Below are positions 11,959 to 28,027 of a stretch of 64,000 nt of DNA, piece by piece. Position 1 is the first letter of the stretch. Every line of letters begins with the position of its first letter. This DNA comes from Octopus vulgaris (taxonomy: Eukaryota). The DNA is taken from the NCBI GenBank assembly GCA_951406725.2, contig OX597831.1, positions 79,980,001-80,044,000 of the forward strand, read 5' to 3'. The notes under the pieces were generated by a model. That model made no database searches, was not told the DNA's origin, and saw only the letters and a list, made by a program, of their open reading frames with translations. Both the position numbers and the translations under genes were made by a program.

Positions 11959-12332
11959 AGTGGCTCTGCGGTAAGTAGCTTGCTTACCAACAACATGGTT
12001 CCAGGTTCAGTCCCACTGTGAGGCACCTTGGGCAAGTGTCTTCTAATGAAGGCGCGGGCCGCCCAAAGTCTTTTGAGTGGATTTGGTAGACGGAAAGTGA
12101 AAGAAGCCTATCGTATATCTATCTATGTGTTATGTGTGTGTGTGTGTGTTTATGTTTGTGAGTCTGTGTTTGCACCCCCCCCCCCCCCAACATCGCTTGA
12201 CCAACCCGATGCTGATGTGTTTACGTCCCCGTAGCTCAGCAGGTCGGAATTAGGGACCGATAAAATAAGTACTATGCTTGCAAAGAATAAATCCTGGGGT
12301 GGGATTTGTTCGACTGAAGGCGGTGCTCCAGC
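11957..12332 (+). mobile_element. SINE family A
   Basis: ggagtggctctgcggtaagtagcttgc...aaggcggtgctccagca; the 3' end is lost in (TA)n. Confidence 0.8.
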
Positions 12333-12337
12333 AAATT

Positions 12338-12421
<84 letters not shown>

Positions 12422-12475
12422 AACATATATATACATATATATACATACATATATATATATATATATTTATATATT

Positions 12476-12514
<39 letters not shown>

Positions 12515-12550
12515 TTATATATATGTATATTTATATATATATATATATAG

Positions 12551-12702
12551 GGATGGCGTAAGATGCTTCTTTCACAACCACATGGTTCCGAGTTCGGTGC
12601 CAGTGCACGGCACTTTGGATAAGTGTCTTCTAGTACAGGCCCGGGGCGACCAAAGTCTTGTGGGCGGATTTGGTAGATGGAAACTGAACGAAGCCCGCCG
12701 TT
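12551..12702 (+). mobile_element. SINE family A, 5' half
   Basis: caaccacatggttccgagttcgg...ggatttggtagatggaaactgaacgaagccc. Confidence 0.7.
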
Positions 12703-13096
12703 TATGTATGTGAGAGAGAGAGAGTGTGTGTGTGTGTGAGTATCTGTGTGCGTGTGTGTGCTTGTGAGTGTATGGAGTGTATGTATGTGCGTGCGTGTGT
12801 GTGCTTGTGAGTGTATGGAGTGTATGTATGTGCGTGCGTGTGTGTGTGTGCGTATATATATTGATGTATATACGGTATATATATGTATGTGCATATATAT
12901 ATATAGCTATATACACACATATGGACAAAAATACACACACAGATACGCACACACACACACACATATGCGGACGCAGACACTCGCGCACATATATGAATAT
13001 AGTAACGAACAAACATTGAGTATAGAACTCAATACGTGGATAAAGGAAATAAAATTCAAATGCGCACCTCTATACACGCGTACATAGATGTACGTA

Positions 13097-13132
<36 letters not shown>

Positions 13133-13181
13133 CACACATACATACATATATATCTGCATATGAGTGTCTGTGTATATACAC

Positions 13182-13218
<37 letters not shown>

Positions 13219-13532
13219 CACTCATATGCAGATATATATGTATGTATGTATGTTTGTGCGTGTGTATGTGTGTATGCATGTATGTATGTATGTATGTATG
13301 TATGTATGTATGTATGTATGTATGTATGCATGTATGTTTGTATGTATGTATGTATGTATGTATGTATGTATGTATGTATGTGTGTATGTATGTATGTATG
13401 TATGTATGTATGTATGTTTGTGCGTGTGTATGTGTGTATGTATGTATGTATGTATGTATGTATGTATGTTTGTGTGTGTGTATGTGTGTATGTATGTATG
13501 TATGTATGTATGCATGTATGCATGTATGTTTG

Positions 13533-13563
<31 letters not shown>

Positions 13564-14279
13564 GTATGTATGTATGTATGTATGTATGTATGTATGTATA
13601 TAAACATACATTCAAGTGCCCTAAATGTGTATAATGAGCTGTATGTACTCTAGAAATATACACATGAAAATGTTTCAAATGTATGTAAATATTTGTGTAT
13701 GCATGTGTGTGTTCTGTGTCTCTGTCTGTGTGTACACAGATACAGACACGAACGCACACACACACACAATCTGTAGACATTTGATGATGTGTATAACGCA
13801 TACATACATACGCATATGTATATAGGCACCCGTGCAATGCGCGTCAGACGTGAAACATATGCTATAAATGGCGGTGCGGGCAGACAAGCATTACTTTAAC
13901 AGAGTGAAATATATATTTGAATATTTTACCTGTAAAATATTGGAATATTATACGAGTATACATATATTTACAAACATATATTTACACATATAACATAGTC
14001 GCTCTCTTCCTGTCTCACGCACGCAAGCATATATACACACATGTATATATACATATACATATATATATACATATACAAATACACACATGTATATTTATAT
14101 ATATATATATATATATATGTAGATATATATATATATTATATCTATCTATTGTTATATACATATGAATATATATAGATGTATATCATGCATAGATATATAT
14201 ATATATATATATTGGTAAAAACGGTAAGATAACAAAAGAAAGAAAGAGACCTCAATATTATGTAAATAGAGGAAATTTA

Positions 14280-14335
14280 TCTGTAAAATAATATGAGACA
14301 ATTATAAGAATAATTGTCACATATTATTTTACAGA
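14280..14335. repeat. 26-bp inverted repeat (hairpin) inside (TA)n
   Basis: tctgtaaaataatatgagacaattat-aaga-ataattgtcacatattattttacaga, one mismatch. Confidence 0.85.
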
Positions 14336-14623
14336 GATAAATATATATATACCTATAGTTATATATATATATATAGCTATAGTTATATATATATATATAG
14401 CTATAGCAGAGAAGCCACCTGTACCCGGATACAACTTACTCATCATGATCTCACTACTTGGACCATGATACCGCAAAACTTGACTTAAAAAGGATTTAGA
14501 ACATCCTATCAGGTGGTGCTATTAAGTTAGACATGGCCTGGACCAATCTTTAGTTGAAGCATATCTAAGTTTACCTGTGTTTATATATATATATACATAC
14601 AATCATACAGATTTATGTATATC

Positions 14624-14670
<47 letters not shown>

Positions 14671-14854
14671 TATATATATGTGTGTGTGTGTGTGTCTACA
14701 TATATATTTTTACATTATATATACACGTACTCATGCAGATATACGCTCGTGCAAATATACATCAAGGTGCAAATGTATATATAACCAAGCTAAATTTACA
14801 CACACAAGCACACACACACAGACACATACACACACACACACATATACATATATA

Positions 14855-14942
<88 letters not shown>

Positions 14943-15025
14943 TATACACACACATTCACACAGATATATTTCATATGAAAATGCCTAAATGCGTTCATAT
15001 ATATATATATACACATATATATACG

Positions 15026-15216
15026 AAAAGTTCCTGGTTTTAAGGTTGTCGCCAAAGGCCTTGTTGGAGGACCAGCCTTCCGAGTTCTTTTGCAGGGCTT
15101 AGAAAAACTGAAGGACCACTGCAATAAATGTGTGAATCTGAGAGGACAATATGATGAATAAAGTCATAACTATCAGATCCTCCTATATTTTCTTTCACCC
15201 AAAACCAGGAACTTTT
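15026..15216 (+). mobile_element. Mariner-derived MITE
   Basis: 16-bp inverted ends aaaagttcctggtttt / aaaaccaggaactttt. The interior encodes a mariner C-terminus, LEDQPSEFF/QGLEKLKDHCNKCVNLRGQYDE*. Confidence 0.75.
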
Positions 15217-15456
15217 ATGTATGTCTATCTATATCCTGTGTATTAGATAAAAACCTTAGAAAACTGCTTTATTCGTCTAAAGGAACTCTCTCTTCTAGAC
15301 GCAGTTGTCAAAACTTTAAAATATTCGAACTTTGTCTACTCTCATAAAAGATAGAAAAATATCCGTAGTGTTATTATTTTTTATTTTATTTTACTTTGAT
15401 TTATTTTTATTTTATCTAGTATATTGTGTCCCAGCATGGGACACAATATACACATC

Positions 15457-15523
<67 letters not shown>

Positions 15524-15896
15524 TTAATATGCATACACATATAACGCTAAATATGTTGGAATAATAATAATGCATACACACATACTCACAAACACAAGCG
15601 CACATATACGTCCATATATAAAGATTTATACATAGAAATATATGTGAGCACGTATTTATATGTGCAGATGTGAATCCATACATATATACATGCATAGATG
15701 TGTATATACATACGCATACATGCGCATATACAGCACACACGTGACTGTAGAGGTGAAAATCTTTTGCAAAAAGTCGAACGCTTGAAATGTAGATATACAT
15801 ATATATATATATATATTGCTGGTTAGTGTTTTATACGTGTGTGAGTGTGTGTGCGTGTATGTGTGTGTAAATACATTCATGGATACTCATATATGT

Positions 15897-15937
<41 letters not shown>

Positions 15938-16062
15938 TGTGTATATAGATACATTGATAGATAGATAGACACACACACAAAAACAGATACATAGATTGAT
16001 AGATACATACATAAATAGAGAGAGACAGAGAGAGTGAGATAGAGAGAGAAATAGATAGATAG

Positions 16063-16094
<32 letters not shown>

Positions 16095-16155
16095 CAGATA
16101 GATAAATATATAGATAGACAGACAGACAGATAGACAGACAGACTGACAGACTGAC

Positions 16156-16216
<61 letters not shown>

Positions 16217-16528
16217 GGATGGATAGATAGATAGATAGATAGATAGATACAGAGAGATAGATAGATAGATAGATACGTGTAGGCATGTTTGTATACCTTT
16301 ATACACGTGCGTAACACACAGACACAAAACTTCCAAAATCTCAATTTAAGGCGTGCAAATATTCCCGCACCAGCGCACACGCACTCAAACGCACGCGCAC
16401 AGAGCATATGCGTGTGTGCAAGAGAGAGAGAGAGGGAGAGACAGAGAGAGAGAGAGATTGTCTGTAAACACTAATATTTGTATGGATATATGCTAATATA
16501 TAATACATATATACATTTATATATTATA

Positions 16529-16583
<55 letters not shown>

Positions 16584-17287
16584 ATATATATATATTTATA
16601 TATATATATTCATATATATGCATTTATGTATACATTTAAATTTATATTTATATAGGTTTCTTATATACGCATGCATACATATATGCATATATACGCATAT
16701 ACACAACCATACATCATTGTGCATATACCTCCATACTGTATGGCGTCATACTATCTTAACCTGCAGTTGTCAACTGTTTCTCTCCCTCACTCTCCCTATA
16801 TATATATACATACATATATATGTACGTATGTATATATATATATACATATATATATGTATATATATATACATATATATGTATGTATATATATATATATATT
16901 TATATATACATATATATGTAGGTTTGTAAGGAAATAACTATATATATATAGCAAAAAATATATATATGTTGATATATATATACATATATATGTATGAATT
17001 ATATATATATATATATTTATATATACATATATATGTATGTATACATATATATATATATATATACATATATATGTATGTATATATATATATATATTTATAT
17101 ATACATATATATGTATGTATACATATATATATATATACATATATATGTATGTATATATATATATACATACCTATATATATTTCATATATATATGTGTGTG
17201 TGTGTGTGTATGTATTATACATATGTACACATGTATACGTATATACACTTTATATGCATTATACATATAAATGTTTGTATCTATGTG

Positions 17288-17325
<38 letters not shown>

Positions 17326-17417
17326 CGTATATATATATTTGTATATATATATATATGTGTGTATACACATATATGCATACATACATACATACATACATAC
17401 ATACATACATACATACA

Positions 17418-17452
<35 letters not shown>

Positions 17453-17689
17453 GCGCGAACATACACATGCATATATATACATATATAACTTAGGTATGTT
17501 CCTACCAAAGATCGGCCCAGGCCATGCCTAGATTAATTAATCCTGTCATTTTTAAGTCAGGTTTTGTGGTGTTAAGACCCATTCAAGTAGGGAGTTGTTG
17601 TTGACTGAGATGTATCGAGGCATAGGTGGCTTACGTTGTAGCCATTGAAGAATCTTGTCCGGGTTTCGTTTCAAGGTGATGGGATCATT

Positions 17690-17802
<113 letters not shown>

Positions 17803-17829
17803 AAACAAGTCAAGATAGAAAATGCTAAA

Positions 17830-17870
<41 letters not shown>

Positions 17871-17888
17871 TATATATACATATACAAC

Positions 17889-17965
<77 letters not shown>

Positions 17966-17976
17966 CACATATATAG

Positions 17977-18370
17977 GAACAGGCGCGGATGTGTGGTAAG
18001 AAGCTTGCTTACGAACCACATGGTTCCTGGTTCAGTCCCATTGCGTGATACCTTGGACAAGTGTCCTATGCTATAGCGTCGGGCCGACCAAAGCCTTGTG
18101 CGTGGATTTGGTTGATGGAAACTGAAAGAAGCCCGACGTATATATATATATATACGTATATGTTTCTGTGTCTATGTTTGTCCTCTCACCATCGCTTGAC
18201 GACCGATGTTGGTGTGTTTACATCCCCGTTACTTAGCGGCTGGGCATAAGAGGCCTATAGAATAGGTAGTTGGCTTACAAAAAATAAGTCCTGGGGACTA
18301 TTCGTTCAACTACAGGTGATGCTCCAGCATGGCCGCAGTCAAATGACTGAAATAAGTAAAAGAAAAAAAA
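17977..18370 (+). mobile_element. SINE family A, full length
   Basis: Collinear with 9051-9480. Confidence 0.8.
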
Positions 18371-18498
18371 ATATATATATATATAATAACAATTTAACAC
18401 ATAAAACATACGCATACATGCATACATATATGCACGTACCTACATCTATATGTATATATACATGCATATATATATATATATATATATGATTACAGGAA

Positions 18499-18546
<48 letters not shown>

Positions 18547-19024
18547 TCACGGAAACACGTTGTCACACATATCTACATATATGTAAATATTCACGGACAG
18601 ATACACACACACCGACACACATTATTTCTTCCCAGCATACACACCCATATACACACATATTTCTTCCCAGCATACACTCTCACAAAACCTTAACAAAAAT
18701 AGGGAACCGCTAAGTTGTCCCCCATCCGCTAGATATAGCAGCTAAATGCCTTTCATCTCATATCTTCTCGTCTTCACAATGTTGGATGAAAACGCGTTGG
18801 TAGGCAGGAATCGATCGTGGATCTGCACAATCAGGTTTGGTTCGGACTTTAAAATAACAACTACAACAACAACATACATTCGCTATATATACAGGCTGAA
18901 CCACAAAAACATACGCACAAAACAAAATAACTATAATATACACACACTTACAAACATAACTGCACACGCACGCACACTCAGTGTATATATATATGTATGT
19001 ATATATGTGTGTATGTATTAAACT

Positions 19025-19218
19025 TTTATTCTTTATTTCTTTGCCTGTTTCAGTCATTTGAATGCGGCCATGCCGGAGCATCGCTTTTCGTCGAACTAAT
19101 CGACCCCAGGACTCATTCTTTGTGAGCCTAGTATTTATTCTATCGGTTTCTTTTGCCGGACCGCTAAGTGATGAGGACGTAAAGACACCGAGCGATGGTG
19201 GGGGACAAACACAAACAC

Positions 19219-19250
<32 letters not shown>

Positions 19251-19410
19251 GGCTTCTTTCAGTTTTTGTCTACAAAATCCACTCACAGGGATCTGGTCTG
19301 CCCGAGGCTATAGTAGAAGATCTTAGCCCAAGGTGCCACGCAGTGGGACTGAACCGGGAACCATGTAATTGGGAAGCAATGTTCTTACCACACAGCGACT
19401 GTTGCGCCTA
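19025..19410 (-). mobile_element. SINE family A, full length
   Basis: Collinear with 10253-10660. Confidence 0.8.
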
Positions 19411-19527
19411 CTTGTATATATATATTTCTAATAATATTTAGTAGAAGTAACAGCATGACTCAAGGACCCCAGAGTTTCGAACGCTGTCGCTTTCGGATCT
19501 TGAGTCAATGTTACCTCAGTTCAATAT

Positions 19528-19731
19528 TCTTTTCTACTCAAGGCACAAGGCCCGAAATTTTGGGGTAGGAGCCAGTCAATTAGATTGACCCCCAAGTACT
19601 TAATTTAACGACCCCGAAAGGATGAAAAGCAAAGTCGACCTCGGCGGAATTTGAACTCAAAACGTAACGGCAGACGAAATACCTCTAAGCATTTCGTCCG
19701 GCATGCTAACGATTCTGCCAAGCTCGCCGCC
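19528..19731 (-). mobile_element. SINE family B
   Basis: tttctactcaaggcacaaggcccgaaattt...ctgccaagctcgccgcc, with a degenerate TSD (acctcagttcaatatt / acttcagctaaatatt). Confidence 0.8.
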
Positions 19732-19860
19732 TAACTTCAGCTAAATATTAATAAACATATACATATTCTCATATTTTGAGTTCTAATTTTCCCGTTTGCA
19801 TTTACATACCTGTGTGTGAGTGTGTGTGTGTGTGTGTGAGTGTGTGTGTGAATAAATATA

Positions 19861-20030
<170 letters not shown>

Positions 20031-20031
20031 T

Positions 20032-20076
<45 letters not shown>

Positions 20077-20206
20077 TAGATAGATATGTGCTCGCAAACG
20101 CACAAATGCGTGTATATGCATATACGGACAGATAAACATGGACATGTATACAGACACCGAAACAAAAATACATCTATCATAATTATACATATAAATGTGT
20201 GTGTGC

Positions 20207-20261
<55 letters not shown>

Positions 20262-20283
20262 CATATGTATATGTATATATGCC

Positions 20284-20339
<56 letters not shown>

Positions 20340-20674
20340 TAGATAGGCAGGTAGATAGATAGATAGATGGATGGATGGATAGATGGATAGATGGATAGAT
20401 AGATAGATAGATAGATAGATATAGCTATATACACACACCTATGTATACACATACACACGATAAATAAATTATATATATATATGTGTGTGTGTGTGTATGT
20501 GTGTGCATGTATACGTAAATATCTATAAGACAACACACACACATACATGCATACAGACATACATATATACATACACACATCCATCCATCCACCCATCCAT
20601 CCATCCATCCATCCATACATACATACATACATAAAGACATACACACAATGACATATACGGCAGAAACGAACAGC

Positions 20675-20709
<35 letters not shown>

Positions 20710-21050
20710 CTTGACAAAGCCCTTCCAAACACTCGCCCCTTTTTCGTCTCCCTAATCCCTTATTTCACCCCTCCACTTATTCTTTACATCACTAGTTACT
20801 ATGCAATTGCCGAATTATTGTCAAACATGTTCACGGCCCTAATAATCTGTTTGCTTCTGGGCGAATCCCCAACACCTATTCTTTGAAGGGGGCAGGCACA
20901 GGGTAAGGGGACAAAACATGAGCCGTAGACCCCTAAAAAAAAGGAACGTCTTTAACCTTATCCCTGCTTATTAATTTTTTTATTGTTCTTCTGCGTATTC
21001 GTGTGTGTGTGTGTTTGTGTGTACGTGTGTTTGTGTGTACGTGTGTGTAT

Positions 21051-21097
<47 letters not shown>

Positions 21098-21451
21098 GTT
21101 TTGTGTTTGTGCGTGTGTGAAAGACAGAGACAGGCGGATACGGAGCGCGCGTGTGTGAGAGAGAAAGAGAGAAAGCGTGTGTGAATGTGTCTCTCTGCGA
21201 GAAAGAGAAAGAGAGAGCGTGCGTGTGTGTGTATGTGAGTGTGGGTGTGTGTGTTTGCGTGTTTGTATGTGTCTGAGTGTATAAGACAGAACCTGTGTGA
21301 GAGAGAGACAACGGGAAAAAAGAGCGTGTGTGTTTATAAGACAGAGAGAGAGAGAGAGAGAGCGTGTGTGTGTGTGAGAGAGAGAGATAAAGAAAGAGAA
21401 AGAAAAAATGAGAGAGAAAGCAAGTGTGAAAGGGAGACAGCGTGTGTATGC

Positions 21452-21502
<51 letters not shown>

Positions 21503-21592
21503 CTTTTTCTATTCCTCTCTTTCCATATCTTTCCCCTTTTCTCTCTCTCTCTCTCAAAAATATGGCGTTAGTGGAACGTGGAAAAACGTATA

Positions 21593-21625
<33 letters not shown>

Positions 21626-21711
21626 GGCGCGCACGCTCATACATACATGACATAAACATGCGAATGTGTGATATATGGGTCTCTGTATATGTGTGCGTGT
21701 GTGTGTTTAAT

Positions 21712-21750
<39 letters not shown>

Positions 21751-21936
21751 GTGTGTGTGTTGGAATGTATTCCATGCACACACGCACCAACGTACACATG
21801 TGCTTGTGGTAAGGCATCTATATATACATACGTGTGTGAGTATTTATGTATATATATATATAAGATAGATAAAGAGAGAGAGACAGAGACAGAGAGAGCT
21901 GCGGAGAGAAATAGACAGACAGACAGACAGACAGAC

Positions 21937-21979
<43 letters not shown>

Positions 21980-22006
21980 GATAGATAGATAGATAGATAG
22001 ACAGAC

Positions 22007-22091
<85 letters not shown>

Positions 22092-22339
22092 TAGATAGAT
22101 AGATAGATAGATAGATAGGTAGGTAGGTAGATAGATAGATAGATAGATAGATAGAAAGGACTTGGATTAATTAAACCCCACACATGAGCGTATATATGAT
22201 TATGATTTTAATCGGGGGAAGTTGTAAGGTGACTCAAAAGTTGAGAGTTTCGTGTATGTCACTTATATCGGATCCATGCGGGAGAATTTTTGGCCTTCTG
22301 CCGATTAAAAATAAATAGTAAAATAACAGCTTGATAAGG

Positions 22340-22408
<69 letters not shown>

Positions 22409-22505
22409 CGAATGTGTATATGTATATATATATACACACATAATATATATGTACCTTTATATTTATTTATTTATATATATATATATATATACATATATGA
22501 ACGAG

Positions 22506-22587
<82 letters not shown>

Positions 22588-22863
22588 CATATATGTATTA
22601 TATACACAGACACATATTCCTACGTGTGTGTGTGTGTGTGTGCCTGCTTCTGTGTGCATGTATATCGGTTCTTATATATATTGCTATGTATGTATGTGTA
22701 TGTGTGTATGCATTGTCAACGCATATATGTGTATATGCGTGTGTGTGTGTGTGTATATATAGTCATATACAGATATACATGTTGATACATGCATCTATAT
22801 ATGCACACTGACTCACACACACACACAGTCTCTCTCACACACTCACTTACACACAGACACACA

Positions 22864-22919
<56 letters not shown>

Positions 22920-23165
22920 CACAAATTCCATTTCTGAAATACAGAACTACCTCCTGTGAGTGTTTAAGTTGGGGATGTTAGTTGCACGGCCAAAAATACG
23001 AGCAAAGGCGCCCCAGCCATGAACGTCCCGTTTATTGCTGTGGCATTGTGTTTCGAGGATTACATTATTCAATGTGTTTCGGCATTTTTTACCAAAATAC
23101 GAAAGGATGGAATTTGCGGAAGACTTCGCTGTTTTTCTTTGCTTTCGTTGAGTTGTGTATGTGTC

Positions 23166-23233
<68 letters not shown>

Positions 23234-23372
23234 TGTGTGTGTGAGAGTGATTGTATGTAGTTGTGAAATTTTTCGGAGATTGTAAACGTGTGTACATGTG
23301 TTTTTGTGTATGTGTATGTGTGTATATACATACATATATATATATTTATATATATATTATATGTATATTATA

Positions 23373-23427
<55 letters not shown>

Positions 23428-23606
23428 ATATGATATGGATGGAATGGATGGATGGATATGTATGTATATATATATGTGTGTGTATATATATGATCGTGTG
23501 TATAGGAGTATAATTCAGTATATGTATGTGTATAATATTTGCATGCATGTATACATGTGCATGTTTGTGTATGTGTACGTATGTCTGTGCATTATGTTTG
23601 CAAATT

Positions 23607-23659
<53 letters not shown>

Positions 23660-23698
23660 TATATTATACATATTATAAAATATATATATACACACACA

Positions 23699-23748
<50 letters not shown>

Positions 23749-23927
23749 CTATATATATCTATCTATCTATATAAAATTTAATAAGGGTAGAAATTGATAT
23801 TAATCAATTAAAACCAGTGGCCCAGCGATTTGACGTCTATATCTAGCATGTTGACCGTCCACTTTTAGTGGTCAGTCCTTTAAATTTTGTATCTATCTAT
23901 CTATATATATATACATATATCTATCTA

Positions 23928-23978
<51 letters not shown>

Positions 23979-24099
23979 CTTTATATGGAGAGAGAGAAAC
24001 AGGCAGAGAGAGAGAGGGGGTGTATTGTGTATTACTCACAAAAATATAAATTCCTATAATATTCAATGTAAGCGTATACGTAAAATAGGTGTCTATGTC

Positions 24100-24295
24100 A
24101 TTTAACCCCAGGATAGACCCAATCGAGCAGATTTGTGATCAACGACATTCGAACCATGACCATGGTGTTTTTGGCTTGTGTGTAAGGAACTGAAGAAAGC
24201 ATTCGGCACGCACCTTCTCCGATGACTATAACCTGTCATTCAGGGAGATTTGGCGGCTGTTTTTGGCATGTCGAGGGACCATGTGAATGTTCCCG
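24100..24295 (+). repeat. Dispersed repeat family D (also ~25681-25830 and ~26277-26470)
   Basis: Shared motifs tttagccccagg...gatc...ccgtgacca and ggctgctatttc(t)agca across the three loci. Confidence 0.45.
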
Positions 24296-24485
24296 CGGTG
24301 GATTGTGTATGATCTTGTATCCGATGCACTGCCTCGCTGGAAGAAACTTCGAGGTCACTATCAACATTATCTTTTTTTTTTTAATAATTAAAACTGTGCT
24401 CTGCCAAGCGTAGCGAGTAATCCTTAACGTAAGATGGTTTTTACTATAAGTTGAAAACAGACATAAATATATACATATAGATAGC

Positions 24486-24574
<89 letters not shown>

Positions 24575-24782
24575 GCGTGTGTGTGTATTCCTCTGTGTCT
24601 GTGTATGTTTGTGTGTGTAATGATTAAGAGCTTGTCCCTTTGTGTATTCGAGTAAATGTGAGTGTGTGTATATATGTGTGCATGCGTGCAAGTGCGCGCA
24701 AGTGCGAAATTCTGTGAGAGTAAAACGGAGGTAGAGTGCACCATACATATTATGCATACGTCTCTCTCTCTCTATACCCACA

Positions 24783-24864
<82 letters not shown>

Positions 24865-24876
24865 GTGTGTTATATC

Positions 24877-25102
24877 GTGGCACTCCGTCGGTTACAACGA
24901 CGAGGGTCCAGGTTGATCTGGTCAACGGAACACCCTGCTCGTGAAATTAACGTACAAGTGGCTGAGTATTCCACAGACACGTGTACCCTTAACGTAGTCC
25001 TCGGGTAGGTTCAGCGTAACACAGTGTGCGACAAGGCTGGCCCCTTTGAAATACACGCATTAAACGCTCACAACGCCCGGTCTGGGAATCGAAACCGCGA
25101 AT
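24877..25102 (-). mobile_element. SINE family C variant, internally deleted
   Basis: gtggcactccgtcggttacaacgacgaggg...cccggtctgggaatcgaaaccgcga, as at 5557-5920. Confidence 0.75.
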
Positions 25103-25133
25103 CCACACATATTATATATATTATATACTATAG

Positions 25134-25421
<288 letters not shown>

Positions 25422-26900
25422 ACATATAACTACATATGTGCGCATCGCTGAACCATTGCATGTGTGTATATAACAATGTTAAAGAGTGTGTGAGCGTGGA
25501 GTTTTCTGTGTGTGTGTGTCTGGCTAAGTGTATCGAGGAGAAAGTGTATGTACGTGTGTGTCTATATATGTGTGTTGATATATGTCTGTATATGTGTGCC
25601 CGTATGTGTGTGTGTATGAGTAGATCTGTATTCGATGTGTGTGTTCATACGTTGTGTGTGTTTGTATGTGTGTGCGTGTCTTTAGCCCAGATGTAAGGAA
25701 AGAGTTATCGAGTCCGTGCCATCCGTGACCAGATCATCTGTCTTTAAAGATCCTAGTATCCGTAGAAAGTGGAGTGTGATTTGGGGAGGTTTTGGCTGCT
25801 ATTTCTTGCATGTAGAACGAGTGACTGGTTAGAGAATCACTCGTTATGCATGTGATGTATGTGTGTGTGCGTGTGTGCGTGTGTGTGTAAGTGTGTGCGT
25901 TTATGTGACTGCTCGGATGTGAGAGCTACTGAAAGGGTATGTGTGTGCGTGTGTGTGTGTGCACGTGAGTGTGTGTGTGTGAGGCTGTGAGTGTGTGTTC
26001 GTGTGTTTGTGTATGTGTATGAGTATGCACGTGTTCGTGTGTTTTTGCGGAGGGAGTGCGTGTGTGTATATGCGTGTGTGTGTCGGTGTGCGTGTGTGTA
26101 TATGTGTGTATGCTTGTATGTGTATGCTTGTGTGTGTATGTGCGTGCCTGTGTGAGTGTGTGTATGTGTGTATGTGCGTGTGTGTATGTGCGTGTGTGCA
26201 CGTGAGTGTGTGTATGTGTGTGCCTGTGTGTGTGTGTATGTGCGTGCTGATATGACTGTATTGATTTGTAATATAGTTGTTTAGCCCCAGGTAAATCTTG
26301 ATCGGGTAGACAATAATCAAAACCATTCTATCCGTGACCATCCTGCCATCTTATCTGTTTGCATTTCTCGCACTGTATTTCCGAACTAAACCTTCCGAAT
26401 TTAAGATTGTAGCATAATAAATAATTTACATGTTCCTAAGCTGTTATTTCTAGCAAACTGAGCGACTAAGTATGAACACTTCGCTGTGTGGTAAGATTCA
26501 AGCTTCAGCCGGGATTTGAAACCAGGAATTTTTGCCACTAGAACCAAGAATCGTACCACTGCTCCAAACTACGTCCGTGCGTTACATGCGTGTGTATATG
26601 TGCATGTTTGCATCTGTGTGTATGTGTATGGGCTTGTATGTGTGTGTGTACGTGTTTGTATGCATGTGTGTTTGCATGAGTGTATATGTGTGTGTTTGTA
26701 TGTGTGTATGTGTATCTTTCCATGTGTTTCTATGAGTGTGTGTGTTTGTGTGCGTGTGTTTGTATCTGTGTGTGTTTGTATGTGTTTGTATGAGTGCGTA
26801 TGTGTGTTTGCATGTATGTGTGTCTTTTTATGTGTGTTTGTATGTACGTATGTTTTTTTATATTTGTAATTACAGAGATGTGTATCTATCTGCATGTGTA

Positions 26901-26934
<34 letters not shown>

Positions 26935-27002
26935 GTGAGAGAGAGAGACTCACACACATACACAGACATATAGAGAGAGATGAGATATAAATGTGTATCC
27001 TG

Positions 27003-27039
<37 letters not shown>

Positions 27040-27333
27040 TGTGTGTGTGTGTGCGTGTGTATCGGATTCTATCACTGAAGGAGAGAAGTTACTACATACA
27101 ACTTACGGGGGGTGAAACAGAGTAAGGGAGAGAGAAGGGGGAGAGAGTGAGTGAGAGTAATAGAGGGAGAGTTCAGAGAGAGAAAGAGGAGAGTAACAGA
27201 AACATAGTTACAGCGAAGGAAACGGAGGGTCGGAGGTATATGTATTGGACGTTACGGGTTACGAATTTGTGAATGTGTGTCTGGGAATGGATGAAGGTTT
27301 TGGGGCGAAGGTCGCTCTCTCTCACTTTCCCTC

Positions 27334-27368
<35 letters not shown>

Positions 27369-27370
<2 letters not shown>

Positions 27371-27578
27371 TCTTTTATTTGTTTCAGTCATGTGTCTGCG
27401 GCCATGCTGGAGCACCGCCTTTGGTCGAGCAAATCCACACCGGAACTTATTTTTTGTAAGCCCAGTACTTATCTTATCGGTCTCTTTAGCAGAACTGCTA
27501 AGTTTCGGGGACGTAAACACACCAACATCGGTTGTTAAGCGATGGCGGGGAGGACAAACACAAACACACACATGTATA

Positions 27579-27622
<44 letters not shown>

Positions 27623-28027
27623 TCTTTTTTACTCTTTTACTTGTTTCAGTCATTTGACTGCGGCCATGCTGGAGCACCGCCTTTAATCGAGCAACTCGAC
27701 CCCAGGACTTATTCTTTGTAAGCCTAGTACTTATTCTATCGGTGTCTTTTGCCAAACCGCTAAGTAACGGGGACATAAACACACCAGCATCGGTTGTCAA
27801 GCAATGCTAGGGGGACAAACACAGACACACAAACACACACACACACATATATATATATATACATATATACGACGGACTTCTTTCAGTTTCCGTCTACCAA
27901 ATCCACTCACAGGCATTGGTCGGCCCGGGGCTATAGCAGAAGGCACTTGCCCAAGATGCCACGCAGTGGGACTGAACTCGGAACCATGTGGTTGGTAAAC
28001 AAGCTACTTACCACACAGCCACTCCTG
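27369..28027 (-). mobile_element. SINE family A: a 3' half (27369-27572) plus a full copy (27621-28027) in tandem
   Basis: Two gtttcagtca...ggccatgctggagcaccgcc tails separated by (TA)n. Confidence 0.85.

Noticed and set aside
13856-13868. catatgctataaa shared with 48967-48979 (possible TATA/E-box promoter)
   Set aside because: An AT-rich 13-mer can recur by chance in this composition, and no downstream gene is evident.
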